The position numbers were made by a program, and so were the translations under genes. From assembly GCA_964427245.1 (NCBI GenBank), contig CAYRSX010000038.1:2495-66494 (forward strand): a stretch of DNA of 64,000 bases. The letters run 5' to 3'. The notes beneath the pieces were generated by a model, which saw nothing but the letters and a program-made list of their open reading frames with translations, made no database searches and was not told the origin of the DNA. This document shows positions 44,410 through 53,028 of the stretch, in pieces. Source of the DNA: an uncultured Desulfobulbaceae bacterium. GTDB taxonomy: Bacteria > Desulfobacterota > Dissulfuribacteria > Dissulfuribacterales > DYLC01. Position 1 is the stretch's first letter, and the number at the start of each line of letters is the position of its first letter.

Positions 44410-45048
44410 ATGTGTGAATTCGTTACAAAAGAGGCTCCCAATTTCAAGGCGATTGCTGTGATGCCCGACAACTCTTTTAAGGAGATTAGTCTTTCGGATT
44501 ACAGGGGAAAGTATGTGGTATTGTTTTTCTATCCTTTGGACTTCACCTTTGTGTGCCCCTCGGAGATACTGGCATTTGATAAGGCCGTAGATGAGTTTAA
44601 AAAGAGGGACTGTGAGGTGATAGGTGTGTCGGTGGACTCCCATTTCACACACTTGGCCTGGAAGGATACGCCGGTTGAAAAGGGCGGTATAGGTTGTGTC
44701 AGGTTCCCGTTGGTTGCGGACCTTTCCAAGGCCATTTCTCGGGATTATGGCGTGTTGCTGGAAAGTGGCATAGCTTTGCGCGGTCTGTTCCTCATCGACA
44801 AGGAAGGTATTGTGCGTCATATGCTTGTCAATGACCTGCCTTTGGGAAGAAGTGTGGATGAGGCTATTCGTGTGCTGGATGCCCTTCAGTTTGTGGAGAA
44901 ACACGGCGAGGTCTGTCCTGCTAACTGGAAGCCTGGTGAAGAGGCCATGAAACCCACCAAAGAAGGAGTGGCGGAGTATCTGGCTAAACATGCAAAGACA
45001 GGGGCATCCTGTTGTTCCACTTCCAGTGGTTCCTGCTGCTGTTCCTAA
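44410..45048 (+). CDS. typical 2-Cys peroxiredoxin (AhpC/Tsa family) with a poly-Cys C-terminal tail
   Basis: [15 protein letters not shown] (peroxidatic Cys), GEVCPANW (resolving Cys), tail [24 protein letters not shown] precedes the ATG at 44410. Confidence 0.85.
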   Translation: MCEFVTKEAPNFKAIAVMPDNSFKEISLSDYRGKYVVLFFYPLDFTFVCPSEILAFDKAVDEFKKRDCEVIGVSVDSHFTHLAWKDTPVEKGGIGCVRFPLVADLSKAISRDYGVLLESGIALRGLFLIDKEGIVRHMLVNDLPLGRSVDEAIRVLDALQFVEKHGEVCPANWKPGEEAMKPTKEGVAEYLAKHAKTGASCCSTSSGSCCCS

Positions 45049-45054
45049 TAGGCA

Positions 45055-45318
45055 TTATTTTGAGCGCAGCGAGAAATTGGGTGACAGGCGAGGCACTTGT
45101 CCTACTGTTAGAATGATAGAGGGTTTGCTCGGAATGACAACCGCACCACCGGTATGACAGGTGTCTCGCCTGTTATACAATGACAACAAGTGTCATTTCG
45201 AAGGAGCGCAGCGACTGAGAAATCTTGTTTTGAGATTGCTTCGTCTTCGGCTCGCGATGACAGTTGCGGAGCGAGCCCTCTTTACCTGTCATTCCGAGCG
45301 AAGCGAGGAATCTTAACA
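45055..45318. repeat. mosaic repeat cluster (M1, M2, inverted M1 variants, M6 fragment)
   Basis: ...TTTTGAGCGCAGCGAGAAATT..GACAGGCGAGGCACTTGTCC..AGAGGGTTTGCTCGGAATGACA..GACAGGTGTCTCGCCTGT..TGTCATTTCGAAGGAGCGCAGCGACTGAGAAATCTT..GAGATTGCTTCG..TGTCATTCCGAGCGAAGCGAGGAATCTTAA. Confidence 0.85.
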
Positions 45319-45394
45319 GTCTAAATGACAAAACATAAAACCAAAAGCAATGGTTGCCCTTTTTAGGGCCAGAAACTCTACAAGGAGAGAGATT

Positions 45395-46735
45395 ATGAAG
45401 AGACTTTTATCCGTTATAGCTGTGACTGCTGTGATGTCTGCACCATTGGTTGCGGGCGCGGCAGAGATGGGTAAGTTCAAATATGATGACTTTCAAAAAC
45501 CCAGTGAATGCGGTATGTGCCACACCGAGATACATCAGGAGTGGCAGCAGGCTATGATGTCTCAGTCCTTTACACATGAGTGGGACGAGGTGGAGTATTT
45601 CAAGCTCGCTCTGCCTCATGCGCAAAAGCTGGAGAAGGTCTCTGGAGTGAAGGCAGGTTGTATTGCTTGTCACGCGCCGTTGGCCTTTTTGTCCGGAGAC
45701 ATTCCACCCAAGCCAGTAAAGGCCGGCACACGCGCCAATGAGGGGGTATCCTGTGAGATATGCCATAACATCACCGGTTCCACCGAGCAGACTCCGTTCA
45801 ATTTCAGCTTCAACATTCAGCCTGGTGATGTTAAACAAGGGCCTCGCAAAGATGTGAAATCTCCTGGCCATGGCGTGAATTACTCTGAATTCACTCGTAG
45901 CCCGGAGCTCTGCGCCACATGCCACGATGAACAAAGTCCGTATGGCGCCTGGGTAAAGGAGACCTACAGGGAATGGAAGGCAGGGCCTTATGCCAAGGAA
46001 GGCGTGCGCTGTCAGGATTGTCACATGTATCATGCCCCTGGTGTGCCTGGGATGGGAGGTCAGGAACGTGCTGATATGGCGCATCATACCTTTCATGGCA
46101 GCCATTTTCCCAGCAAGCTGGCGGGTGCCATAGACCTGGCCATGTATGCCGAGCAGGAGTCTGTGTCTTCCGGCTCTGATCTGACTGTAAGAGCTGAGCT
46201 TTTTAATGGTAAGGTCGGCCACTATGTGCCGTCTGGTTCCACTGAAGAGCGTATGCTCTGGTTAGAGGTTTGGCTGACCGATGCCAAGGGGAAGAAATAT
46301 GCACTTAAAGTGCAGCCTAAGGGTTTTAAGGGCGAGGAATACACCGTAGCCGATTCAAAGGCCATGGCTTACCAGGATATTGGTGAGATAATGGAGCTGA
46401 CCAATTTCAAAGGGTTGAAGCGTGATGGTAATGTGCCGGATGGTGCTCGTATCTTCAGACGCCCGTTCTTCAACCCCAAAGGCGAGATGACAGTGGCGCA
46501 GTGGTACACGGCCAAAAATGATCTGGTGGACTATCGTGTTGGTCCTCGAGAGACCAAGATCGAGCACTTCAGACTTTCTTTGCCCAAGGAGATGGCCAAG
46601 GGGAAGGCGGTCGTAATTGCAAGACTGCTTTACGGCCAGATCCCAAGCTCGGTGGGTGAGTTCTTCAAGCTCTCCAAGGAGGAATATGCCCCTATTCTGG
46701 TCAATGAAGCCAGAGTGACGGTGGATGTAAAATAG
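45395..46735 (+). CDS. periplasmic pentahaem cytochrome c (uninterrupted paralogue of 12210..13541)
   Basis: SD AAGGAG, signal peptide MKRLLSVIAVTAVMSAPLVAGAA. Five CxxCH motifs: CGMCH, CIACH, CEICH, CATCH, CQDCH. It contains GHYVPSGSTEERMLWLEV and a C-terminal non-haem domain. Confidence 0.8.
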   Translation: MKRLLSVIAVTAVMSAPLVAGAAEMGKFKYDDFQKPSECGMCHTEIHQEWQQAMMSQSFTHEWDEVEYFKLALPHAQKLEKVSGVKAGCIACHAPLAFLSGDIPPKPVKAGTRANEGVSCEICHNITGSTEQTPFNFSFNIQPGDVKQGPRKDVKSPGHGVNYSEFTRSPELCATCHDEQSPYGAWVKETYREWKAGPYAKEGVRCQDCHMYHAPGVPGMGGQERADMAHHTFHGSHFPSKLAGAIDLAMYAEQESVSSGSDLTVRAELFNGKVGHYVPSGSTEERMLWLEVWLTDAKGKKYALKVQPKGFKGEEYTVADSKAMAYQDIGEIMELTNFKGLKRDGNVPDGARIFRRPFFNPKGEMTVAQWYTAKNDLVDYRVGPRETKIEHFRLSLPKEMAKGKAVVIARLLYGQIPSSVGEFFKLSKEEYAPILVNEARVTVDVK

Positions 46736-46841
46736 TTGAACAAAAGGCTCTTTGGTTTATTTAGATTAGGCTGAAGTAAGGGCAATTCTGTGTGATTGCC
46801 CCACTAAAATTAGTAGTTGATACTTGAAAGGAGGTATTACA

Positions 46842-47216
46842 ATGACCGAAAGACTACAGGTTTATAAGTGTGAGATCTGTGGAAACATGGTGGAAATGGT
46901 GCATACAGGTGTGGGCCAGTTGGTATGCTGTGGTCAGCCCATGAAGCTGATGTCCGAAAATACCGTGGATGCATCCAAGGAAAAGCATGTGCCAGTCATC
47001 GAAAAGGTGAATGGTGGTTACAAGGTTAAGGTGGGTTCCGTCCCTCATCCCATGGAGGAAAAGCACTATATCGAGTGGATCGAACTCATAGTCGATGGCA
47101 AGGCATATCGGGAGTTCCTTGCCCCTGGCCAGGCGCCGGAGGCCTTCTTCTGTATTCAGGCCGATAGTGTCACTGCAAGAGAGTATTGCAATTTGCACGG
47201 CCTCTGGAAGGCGTAA
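46842..47216 (+). CDS. dfx: desulfoferrodoxin (class I superoxide reductase)
   Basis: N-terminal desulforedoxin motif [24 protein letters not shown], then an SOR domain (EKHVPVIE...[14 protein letters not shown]...CNLHGLW). Confidence 0.9.
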   Translation: MTERLQVYKCEICGNMVEMVHTGVGQLVCCGQPMKLMSENTVDASKEKHVPVIEKVNGGYKVKVGSVPHPMEEKHYIEWIELIVDGKAYREFLAPGQAPEAFFCIQADSVTAREYCNLHGLWKA

Positions 47217-47239
47217 TCGTTAAGAGAATTATTCTTTCA

Positions 47240-47271
47240 GGGACAGGTCGGAATGGAACCGCTCCTGTCCC
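47240..47271 (+). terminator. hairpin after dfx (possible terminator or attenuator)
   Basis: GGGACAGG-16 nt-CCTGTCCC followed by GTTTCT. The U-tract is weak. Confidence 0.4.
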
Positions 47272-47308
47272 GTTTCTAACTGTTCTCTACCTTAAAAAGG
47301 AGCAAAAA

Positions 47309-47836
47309 ATGTTGAACTCAAGACTCGAGGCAGCACTTAATCAGCAGATCAATGCCGAGCTCTATTCGGCATATCTATATTTTTCCATGGCATCATATCT
47401 TGCCTCCATAGACCTGGCTGGATGTGCCCATTACATGCATGCCCAGACACAGGAGGAGCTTTTGCATGCATCCAAAATGTATGAATACGTTAATGAAAGA
47501 GGCGGTAGAGTTATTATGGATGCTATAAAGGCCCCAAAGACTCAGTGGAGCTCGCCCCTCGAGGCATTTGGGGACGCTTACAAACATGAACAACATGTGA
47601 CGAGCCTGATAAACAATCTCATGGAGTTGGCTATTGCTGAGAAAGACCATGCCACACAGATCTTTTTGCAGTGGTTTATATCGGAGCAGGTGGAGGAAGA
47701 GGCCTTTGCCAATGCAGTGGTGCAGCGCATGAATCTGGCCAACAATGCACAGGGCGGGCTTTTTATGATTGACAAGGAACTGGCGGCCCGTCCTCTGACC
47801 TTTGTGCTTGCAGCCAATAAAACCCAAGGAGAATAA
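47309..47836 (+). CDS. ftn: non-haem ferritin
   Basis: LNQQINAELYSAYLYFSMASY...EELLHASKMYEYVNERGG...QHVT...FLQWFISEQVEEE are Ftn ferroxidase-centre motifs. SD AAGGAG precedes the ATG at 47309. Confidence 0.85.
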   Translation: MLNSRLEAALNQQINAELYSAYLYFSMASYLASIDLAGCAHYMHAQTQEELLHASKMYEYVNERGGRVIMDAIKAPKTQWSSPLEAFGDAYKHEQHVTSLINNLMELAIAEKDHATQIFLQWFISEQVEEEAFANAVVQRMNLANNAQGGLFMIDKELAARPLTFVLAANKTQGE

Positions 47837-47839
47837 TGT

Positions 47840-48247
47840 ATGAGCAGACCTGAAGATATGTGGCAGTGCCAGACCATCAATTGCGGTTATATCTATGATC
47901 CGGATCGGGGTGATAGAAAGGGTAAAATTCCTAAAGGAACTAAATTTGAGGACCTGCTCGATGACTGGAAATGTCCAGTCTGTGGTGCGGGTAAGTCTAT
48001 GTTCAGGCCTCTGGCAGGTCCTGGTTCTGTAATGGCACAGGATGTAAAAAAGACCGCTGATGCAGTTTCTGCAGCTAATGTAGATGTAGGATCAAAATAT
48101 AGATGCAATGTATGCGGCTACATTTATGATCCAGCGGTAGGGGATAGTTCACAAGGGATTGCAACTGGTACGTCTTTTGATGCCTTGCCAGACAACTGGA
48201 AGTGCCCTGTGTGTGGGGCCAGCAAAGAGGAATTTGAGGAGATCTGA
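47840..48247 (+). CDS. tandem rubredoxin (a CX4C-type Rd-like domain fused to a canonical CX2C rubredoxin)
   Basis: Domain 1 is [14 protein letters not shown]...[10 protein letters not shown]. Domain 2 is [12 protein letters not shown]...[10 protein letters not shown]. Confidence 0.85.
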   Translation: MSRPEDMWQCQTINCGYIYDPDRGDRKGKIPKGTKFEDLLDDWKCPVCGAGKSMFRPLAGPGSVMAQDVKKTADAVSAANVDVGSKYRCNVCGYIYDPAVGDSSQGIATGTSFDALPDNWKCPVCGASKEEFEEI

Positions 48248-48248
48248 T

Positions 48249-48599
48249 ATGGCCAAAAAAATGGCTATATTCGCCTTTAGAGGCGATTCAATGTGTTTCG
48301 TCCATGTCCTCTTAAATGCCCTTGACTTGTATGCCAGGGGCATGGGAGGCGATATCGTTGTGGAAGGTGAGGCAACGAAGCTTCTTCCAATCCTTGAAGA
48401 TTCCACTCATTTTTTGCACGGCCTATATAAACAGGTAAAAGAAAAAGGCCTGATTGTTGCTGTTTGTAAGGCATGTTCCAGCAAAATGGGTGTGTTTGAG
48501 CAGATAAAGTCCATGGGACTGCCCTTGAGCGATGAGATGTCGGGGCACCCAAGTATGGGCCGTTTTTTGGAACAAGGCTTTGAGATTATCGTAATGTAA
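48249..48599 (+). CDS. small DsrE/DsrF-like fold protein (tentative)
   Basis: 116 aa, MAKKMAIFAFRGDSMCFVHVLLNALDL...LIVAVCKACS... The DsrE-like resemblance is weak and comes from memory only. Confidence 0.4.
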   Translation: MAKKMAIFAFRGDSMCFVHVLLNALDLYARGMGGDIVVEGEATKLLPILEDSTHFLHGLYKQVKEKGLIVAVCKACSSKMGVFEQIKSMGLPLSDEMSGHPSMGRFLEQGFEIIVM

Positions 48600-48609
48600 A
48601 GGAGAAAAT

Positions 48610-49806
48610 ATGATTACTGAAATCAAAAAGGATATCTATTGGGTGGGTGCCATTGACTGGACCATTCGAGACTTTCACGGCTATTCCACCTATGAGGGCA
48701 CCACATATAACGCATATCTGTTGAAGGACGAAAAGACTGTGCTCTTCGACACGGTCAAGAAGTCCAAGATGAGCGATCTGGTACACCATGTTCGCTCTCT
48801 TACAGACCCTCAGAGAATCGATTACATCGTGGTCAATCATGTGGAGATGGATCATTCTGGTTCCCTTCCTGAGATGATCGACCTCATCAAGCCGGAAAAG
48901 GTTATCTGTTCCACTATGGGGAAAAAGGCCCTTTTGGACCATTTTCATCGAGAAGATTGGCCGTATGAGGTGGTTGCACCAGGCCAGGTGATCAGCGTTG
49001 GCAAGCGCTCCATTCAGTTCATCGAGACGCGCATGCTGCACTGGCCAGACAGCATGTTTTCATATATCCCTGAAGAGAAGCTGCTCATCTCCAGCGATGC
49101 ATTTGGCGAACACTGGGCCACCAGTGAGCGTTTCGATGATGAAGTAGATTTCACCACCCTCATGCGACACAACGCCAAATATTATGCAAACATATTGCTT
49201 TTATATTCTCCTTTGGTGGGGAAACTTATAGAGAATGTCAAAAAGCTCGGGCTTCAAATCGACATGATCGCCCCTGATCATGGCCTCATTAAGCGGAAAT
49301 ACGTAGCCGATATGTTGCAGGCATACGCTGACTGGGCTGCACACAAGGCCAAGAAGAAGGCGGTAGTGGTCTATGACACCATGTGGCACAGCACAGAGAT
49401 GATGGCCAAGGCAGTGGCGGACGGTATCATGCGCGAGGGCGTGAGCGTAAAGCTCATGGATTTGCAGGTCTGCCACAGAAGCGATGTCATGACCGAGGTC
49501 TTGGATGCCAAGGCAGTGGTATTGGGCTGCCCCACGTTGAATAACGGCTTGCTGCCACGCATGGCGGGTTTTCTCATGTATATGCGGGGGCTCAAGCCGA
49601 GCGGCAAGATCGGTGTTGCTTTTGGTTCTTATGGCTGGAGCGGCGAGGCTGTTAAGCTCATGAATCAGGCTATGGAAGAGATGAAATTTGAGGTGGTTCA
49701 TGATGGTATTCGTGTAAAGTATGTGCCTGTTCATGAAAACCTCAAGGAGTGTGTTGAATTAGGCAAAAAAGTAGGGCAGGCTATTAATGCCGCCTTGAAT
49801 GATTGA
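48610..49806 (+). CDS. flavodiiron protein (rubredoxin:oxygen/NO oxidoreductase, FprA/ROO type)
   Basis: Metallo-beta-lactamase-like diiron motif VNHVEMDHSGSLPE plus a C-terminal flavodoxin domain (KKAVVVYDTMWHSTE...GCPTLNNG). Confidence 0.9.
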   Translation: MITEIKKDIYWVGAIDWTIRDFHGYSTYEGTTYNAYLLKDEKTVLFDTVKKSKMSDLVHHVRSLTDPQRIDYIVVNHVEMDHSGSLPEMIDLIKPEKVICSTMGKKALLDHFHREDWPYEVVAPGQVISVGKRSIQFIETRMLHWPDSMFSYIPEEKLLISSDAFGEHWATSERFDDEVDFTTLMRHNAKYYANILLLYSPLVGKLIENVKKLGLQIDMIAPDHGLIKRKYVADMLQAYADWAAHKAKKKAVVVYDTMWHSTEMMAKAVADGIMREGVSVKLMDLQVCHRSDVMTEVLDAKAVVLGCPTLNNGLLPRMAGFLMYMRGLKPSGKIGVAFGSYGWSGEAVKLMNQAMEEMKFEVVHDGIRVKYVPVHENLKECVELGKKVGQAINAALND

Positions 49807-49813
49807 GGTGCCT

Positions 49814-50143
49814 ATGCGTATAAATGTGGATAAAAATGTCGTGGAATTTGTGCCAGAAAATGCCCAGGAGACCGCATCTATGGAGGTTTTGTGGCGTATG
49901 GTATTGGATTGTGCCGGCGGCAACAACAAAAGCTTGTCTCCTATCGGTGAATATGTGCCGCAAAAGGAGAACCTGGCGCGTTTTGTGATCGAGGGCATGT
50001 CCGGTGGGAAGATCGTCTTCTCCGAGGTGGTTTCAGAGGTGGAGTGCACATATCTGTGTACAATTTGTAACAAGTATATCAGCGTCCATGCCGGTCAAGC
50101 CGTTCCTTATTGTTGCGGCCGTCTCATGGAGGCGGTGGATTGA
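49814..50143 (+). CDS. uncharacterised protein with a C-terminal desulforedoxin-like Cys4 motif
   Basis: The C-terminus YLCTICNKYISVHAGQAVPYCCGRLM parallels the Dfx N-terminus [27 protein letters not shown] (CxxC...CC). I do not recognise the N-terminal ~75 aa. SD GAGGTG precedes the ATG at 49814. Confidence 0.6.
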   Translation: MRINVDKNVVEFVPENAQETASMEVLWRMVLDCAGGNNKSLSPIGEYVPQKENLARFVIEGMSGGKIVFSEVVSEVECTYLCTICNKYISVHAGQAVPYCCGRLMEAVD

Positions 50144-50148
50144 TAATT

Positions 50149-50237
50149 AGATTTCTCGCTTTGCTCGAAATGACAGCCATTGCTACATTGAGCCATTTTG
50201 TTGTTATTTCGAGCCTGTGAAACAGGCGAGAAATCTT
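50149..50237. repeat. mosaic repeat cluster (inverted M1, M1/M2 hybrid)
   Basis: AGATTTCTCGCTTTGCTCGAAATGACA ... TGTTATTTCGAGCCTGTGAAACAGGCGAGAAATCTT. Confidence 0.8.
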
Positions 50238-50274
50238 GTTCCATATTCGCTGCCCTCTCTATCCTTCTTGCGAT

Positions 50275-50841
50275 ATGCCATTTTCCCATTATACCGAACA
50301 CAGAAGTATTAAAAAGGCCTTTTTGACGGAGGGTGTCAATGAACTTCTTGCGAGGTTGTCCCATCTGCCTGTCACTATAGCGCTGCATTCCACCCTTTCG
50401 GCAGTCTATTCCATAGATGCCCCTGTGCGTTCAAAGGCCGTTCAAATCTTTGGCATTCTCATGTCTCGGTTGGCCGATCAGTCCATGGAATCAGCCAGAC
50501 AGGTGATGCGCAGGCTTATCTGGAGCTTGAATGACGAATCAGGAGGTATAGGCTGGGGTGCACCTGAGGCCATGGCCGAGGCAATGGCCTTGCACGAAGG
50601 TCTGGCTCAAGAATATGCACACATGCTTCTTTCCTACGTGTGGGAGGAGGGGAATTATCTGGAATATCTGCCTTTGCGTCAAGGGGCATTGAAGGGTATT
50701 GCAAGACTGGCCTGCGCTCGACCTGCCTTGATGAAGTCGCTTGGCGCCGAGGAGAGACTGCATGAATATGTGGCCGATGAGGATAATGAGTCCAGACAGG
50801 CAGCTCTGACTGCTCTGTCCTGTTTGAAGGATGGCCCATGA
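50275..50841 (+). CDS. HEAT-repeat-like protein (resembles the DVU0298 family as I recall it)
   Basis: RLIWSLNDESGGIGWGAPEAMAEAMALHEGLAQEYAHMLLSYVWEEGNYLEYLPLRQGALKGIARLA. The start is uncertain; I chose the ATG at 50275, downstream of the repeat cluster. ATGA overlap with the next gene. Confidence 0.5.
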   Translation: MPFSHYTEHRSIKKAFLTEGVNELLARLSHLPVTIALHSTLSAVYSIDAPVRSKAVQIFGILMSRLADQSMESARQVMRRLIWSLNDESGGIGWGAPEAMAEAMALHEGLAQEYAHMLLSYVWEEGNYLEYLPLRQGALKGIARLACARPALMKSLGAEERLHEYVADEDNESRQAALTALSCLKDGP

Positions 50842-52655
50842 ATTCCATTCTCTTTTTTTCATCAGACATGCTGTGCGCTGCCCTGGCCGCTGCTATAGCC
50901 CACACAAGGGGTTTTTCAGATGTGAAGGTCGTGGCTGGATGTGTGGGAAATCCCGTGTTGAGTCCGGATATCTTGCGCCGTATCAGGCAGCAAGGGCTTC
51001 AGCTTCCACAGGACATTTTAAGTCAGAACGAGGTGGAGGCACGAGTTTTTGATATAGTTATTTATATCGGCAGGACTACTCCATCTCCTCAAATTTCAGG
51101 TAATCCCATAACAGTTCAGTGGGATTTGCCAGGGCAATCTCATGAAATTGGGGATTGTTGTAGCACCATTTTCCCTCTTTTAAAGGAGTTTGTCGCTCAC
51201 TTATTTGATCAAGGTTATTTTGCGGCCCTGCTTCAAGCGCGCAGAAACCTCTTCTTGATTCTGGATAATCTTCGAGAAGGGATAATGGCCCATGACCTGA
51301 ATAGGCGTATTTTTTATTTTAATAAGGCAGCGGAAGAGATAACGGGATATAAAAGAGAGGAGGTCTTGAGTAGGGATTGTCATGAGGTGTTTCCCAATAA
51401 GTTTTGTGGTAAAAATTGCGGGTTTTGTTCTGGTGTGACGACTATCCCCATGGCCCCTTACTCCTATGACATCTCTGCGCAGGGTCGAGATGGTACTCAA
51501 AAGCGTCTTAGCATGTCTGTGGTGCCCATCTTTGCCTTTGATAAGGAAGGCACGAATACAAATAAATCAGTTTTGGGAGTGTTGGCCACCTTTGTGGACA
51601 ATACTCGAGAGTTTGAATTGTCTTCTCGTCTTGGAGAATTGAAACAGTTTTCTGGTATAGTTGGTAATTCTCCTGCAATGCTTGAACTTTACGAAACCAT
51701 TCAGGATGTGGCAAACAGTGATATCCCTGTGTTGATTCAAGGGGAATCCGGCACAGGCAAGGAACTGGTAGCTGCCGCTATTCATAACGAGAGCCACAGA
51801 AGTGAGCGGTTGTTCGTGCCTATAAATTGCGCGGCCTTGCCTGACAGCCTCCTGGAGAGCGAGCTCTTCGGTCATGTAAGAGGTGCATTTACAGGCGCCA
51901 TTCGTGACAAGAAAGGGCGATTCGAGTTGGCTGATGGCGGCACTTTGTTTCTGGACGAGATAGGTGATATCAGCCCTGCCATGCAGGTAAAACTTTTGCG
52001 GGTCTTGCAGGACGGGGTGTTCGAGCGTGTGGGAGGTGAAAAAAGTATGCGCGTCAACGTGCGCATCATCTCTGCGACCAACAAGGACCTGCGAAGAGAG
52101 GTGGAGGCGGGTCGATTTAGAGAGGATCTGTTTTATCGCATCTGTGTCATGCCTATCTGGCTTCCACCCTTGCGGGAACGGACTGCAGATATTCCGCTTT
52201 TGGTGGAACACATGCTCAAACGCATTCAAGAGACCGGCTCTCTACCGTACGAGCCGTTTATCACAAATGAAGTAATGGATATAATTTTGCAGTACCATTG
52301 GCCTGGGAATGTGCGCGAACTCATGAACTGTCTGCAATATGCCGTTGTGCGTGCGCGAGGCAAGAACATCGAGCCGCAGCATCTTCCAAGAGCCGTATTA
52401 TCGGCTGTAGCAAGTCCTTTTTCAATGGATGTGCAGGCGAGGCCCATTTCCGGTCTGGCTGATAAGTCCTTGCAGGAACCATCTGATCAGGGGGATTTTC
52501 TGCTTCTGCGCCCTCGTACCGCCACTTTTACACCTCAAATCATCAGCGATGCCTTGAAAAAGGCTGGCGGCAACAGGACACTGGCTGCTAAGGCCCTTGG
52601 TGTCAGCCGCGCGACTTTTTATCGTCTGTTAAGCAGATATATGGGGCAATCTTAA
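50838..52655 (+). CDS. sigma-54-dependent transcriptional activator: degenerate LMW-PTP/ArsC-like N-domain, 4-Cys PAS, AAA+, HTH
   Basis: GESGTGKE Walker A, GAFTGA, and the C-terminal [19 protein letters not shown]. The PAS domain carries C181-X8-C190-X3-C194-X2-C197. The N-terminal [18 protein letters not shown] resembles a CX5R-less phosphatase fold. Confidence 0.85.
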   Translation: MNSILFFSSDMLCAALAAAIAHTRGFSDVKVVAGCVGNPVLSPDILRRIRQQGLQLPQDILSQNEVEARVFDIVIYIGRTTPSPQISGNPITVQWDLPGQSHEIGDCCSTIFPLLKEFVAHLFDQGYFAALLQARRNLFLILDNLREGIMAHDLNRRIFYFNKAAEEITGYKREEVLSRDCHEVFPNKFCGKNCGFCSGVTTIPMAPYSYDISAQGRDGTQKRLSMSVVPIFAFDKEGTNTNKSVLGVLATFVDNTREFELSSRLGELKQFSGIVGNSPAMLELYETIQDVANSDIPVLIQGESGTGKELVAAAIHNESHRSERLFVPINCAALPDSLLESELFGHVRGAFTGAIRDKKGRFELADGGTLFLDEIGDISPAMQVKLLRVLQDGVFERVGGEKSMRVNVRIISATNKDLRREVEAGRFREDLFYRICVMPIWLPPLRERTADIPLLVEHMLKRIQETGSLPYEPFITNEVMDIILQYHWPGNVRELMNCLQYAVVRARGKNIEPQHLPRAVLSAVASPFSMDVQARPISGLADKSLQEPSDQGDFLLLRPRTATFTPQIISDALKKAGGNRTLAAKALGVSRATFYRLLSRYMGQS

Positions 52656-52900
52656 CAGTCTTTTGAAGAATGCCCTTAAGAATACCGAGGCTTGAGAGCA
52701 TGTGGAGTGAGAGCCCCAAAGGGTGAGTTGATTTTCCTTGTTGAAAATAGTCGCACAGGTTATGTGAAGATTTGCTTCAAATAACTTTGTTGAAGAATGT
52801 GCTTTTTGGCACATATTATCTAACATTCTATTATTTAAATTGATTCTTTTTTCACAAGAGTCTGTTTGCTTGTATCGATGAATGACAATTCATTTTTTTC

Positions 52901-52929
52901 TTGACATTCCTGCAATCACCATATTAAAT
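52901..52929 (+). promoter_or_regulatory. candidate sigma-70 promoter of the nuo operon
   Basis: TTGACA (52901-52906), 17-nt spacer, TTAAAT (52924-52929). It is preceded by the inverted repeat ATGAAT-gaca-ATTCAT (52878..52893). Confidence 0.45.
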
Positions 52930-53028
52930 GTCCCATAATTTTGAGAGAGGCCGTATTGCTGCTCATGTTTGTTGTTTGAATCGTTGAGTGCTGTTCCCAC
53001 ATTAAGTCGTCATGAGGAGGGTCTGAAG

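Noticed and set aside
21147-50237. Whether the recurring short repeats could be a CRISPR array or IS/transposon ends
   Set aside because: The repeats are not regularly spaced with unique spacers. They occur as heterogeneous mosaics scattered over 40 kb. No cas, transposase or integrase genes occur in the window. They are better described as REP/BIME-like miniature modules.
52807-52822. Sigma-54 promoter-like TGGCAC upstream of the nuo operon and downstream of the sigma-54 activator gene
   Set aside because: TGGCAC-ATATT-ATCT has a good -24 element but lacks the essential GC of the -12 element (TTGC). It also forms part of the inverted repeat ATGTGC-N6-GCACAT. A similar near-miss, TGGCAG...GGTTTGC at about 28314-28332, has the wrong spacing.
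52840-52857. Rex-box-like sequence TTGATTCTTTTTTCACAA upstream of nuoA
   Set aside because: Only the right half-site (TTCACAA) matches the TTGTGAA-N-TTCACAA consensus. The left half is poor, so this is not enough to call a Rex operator.
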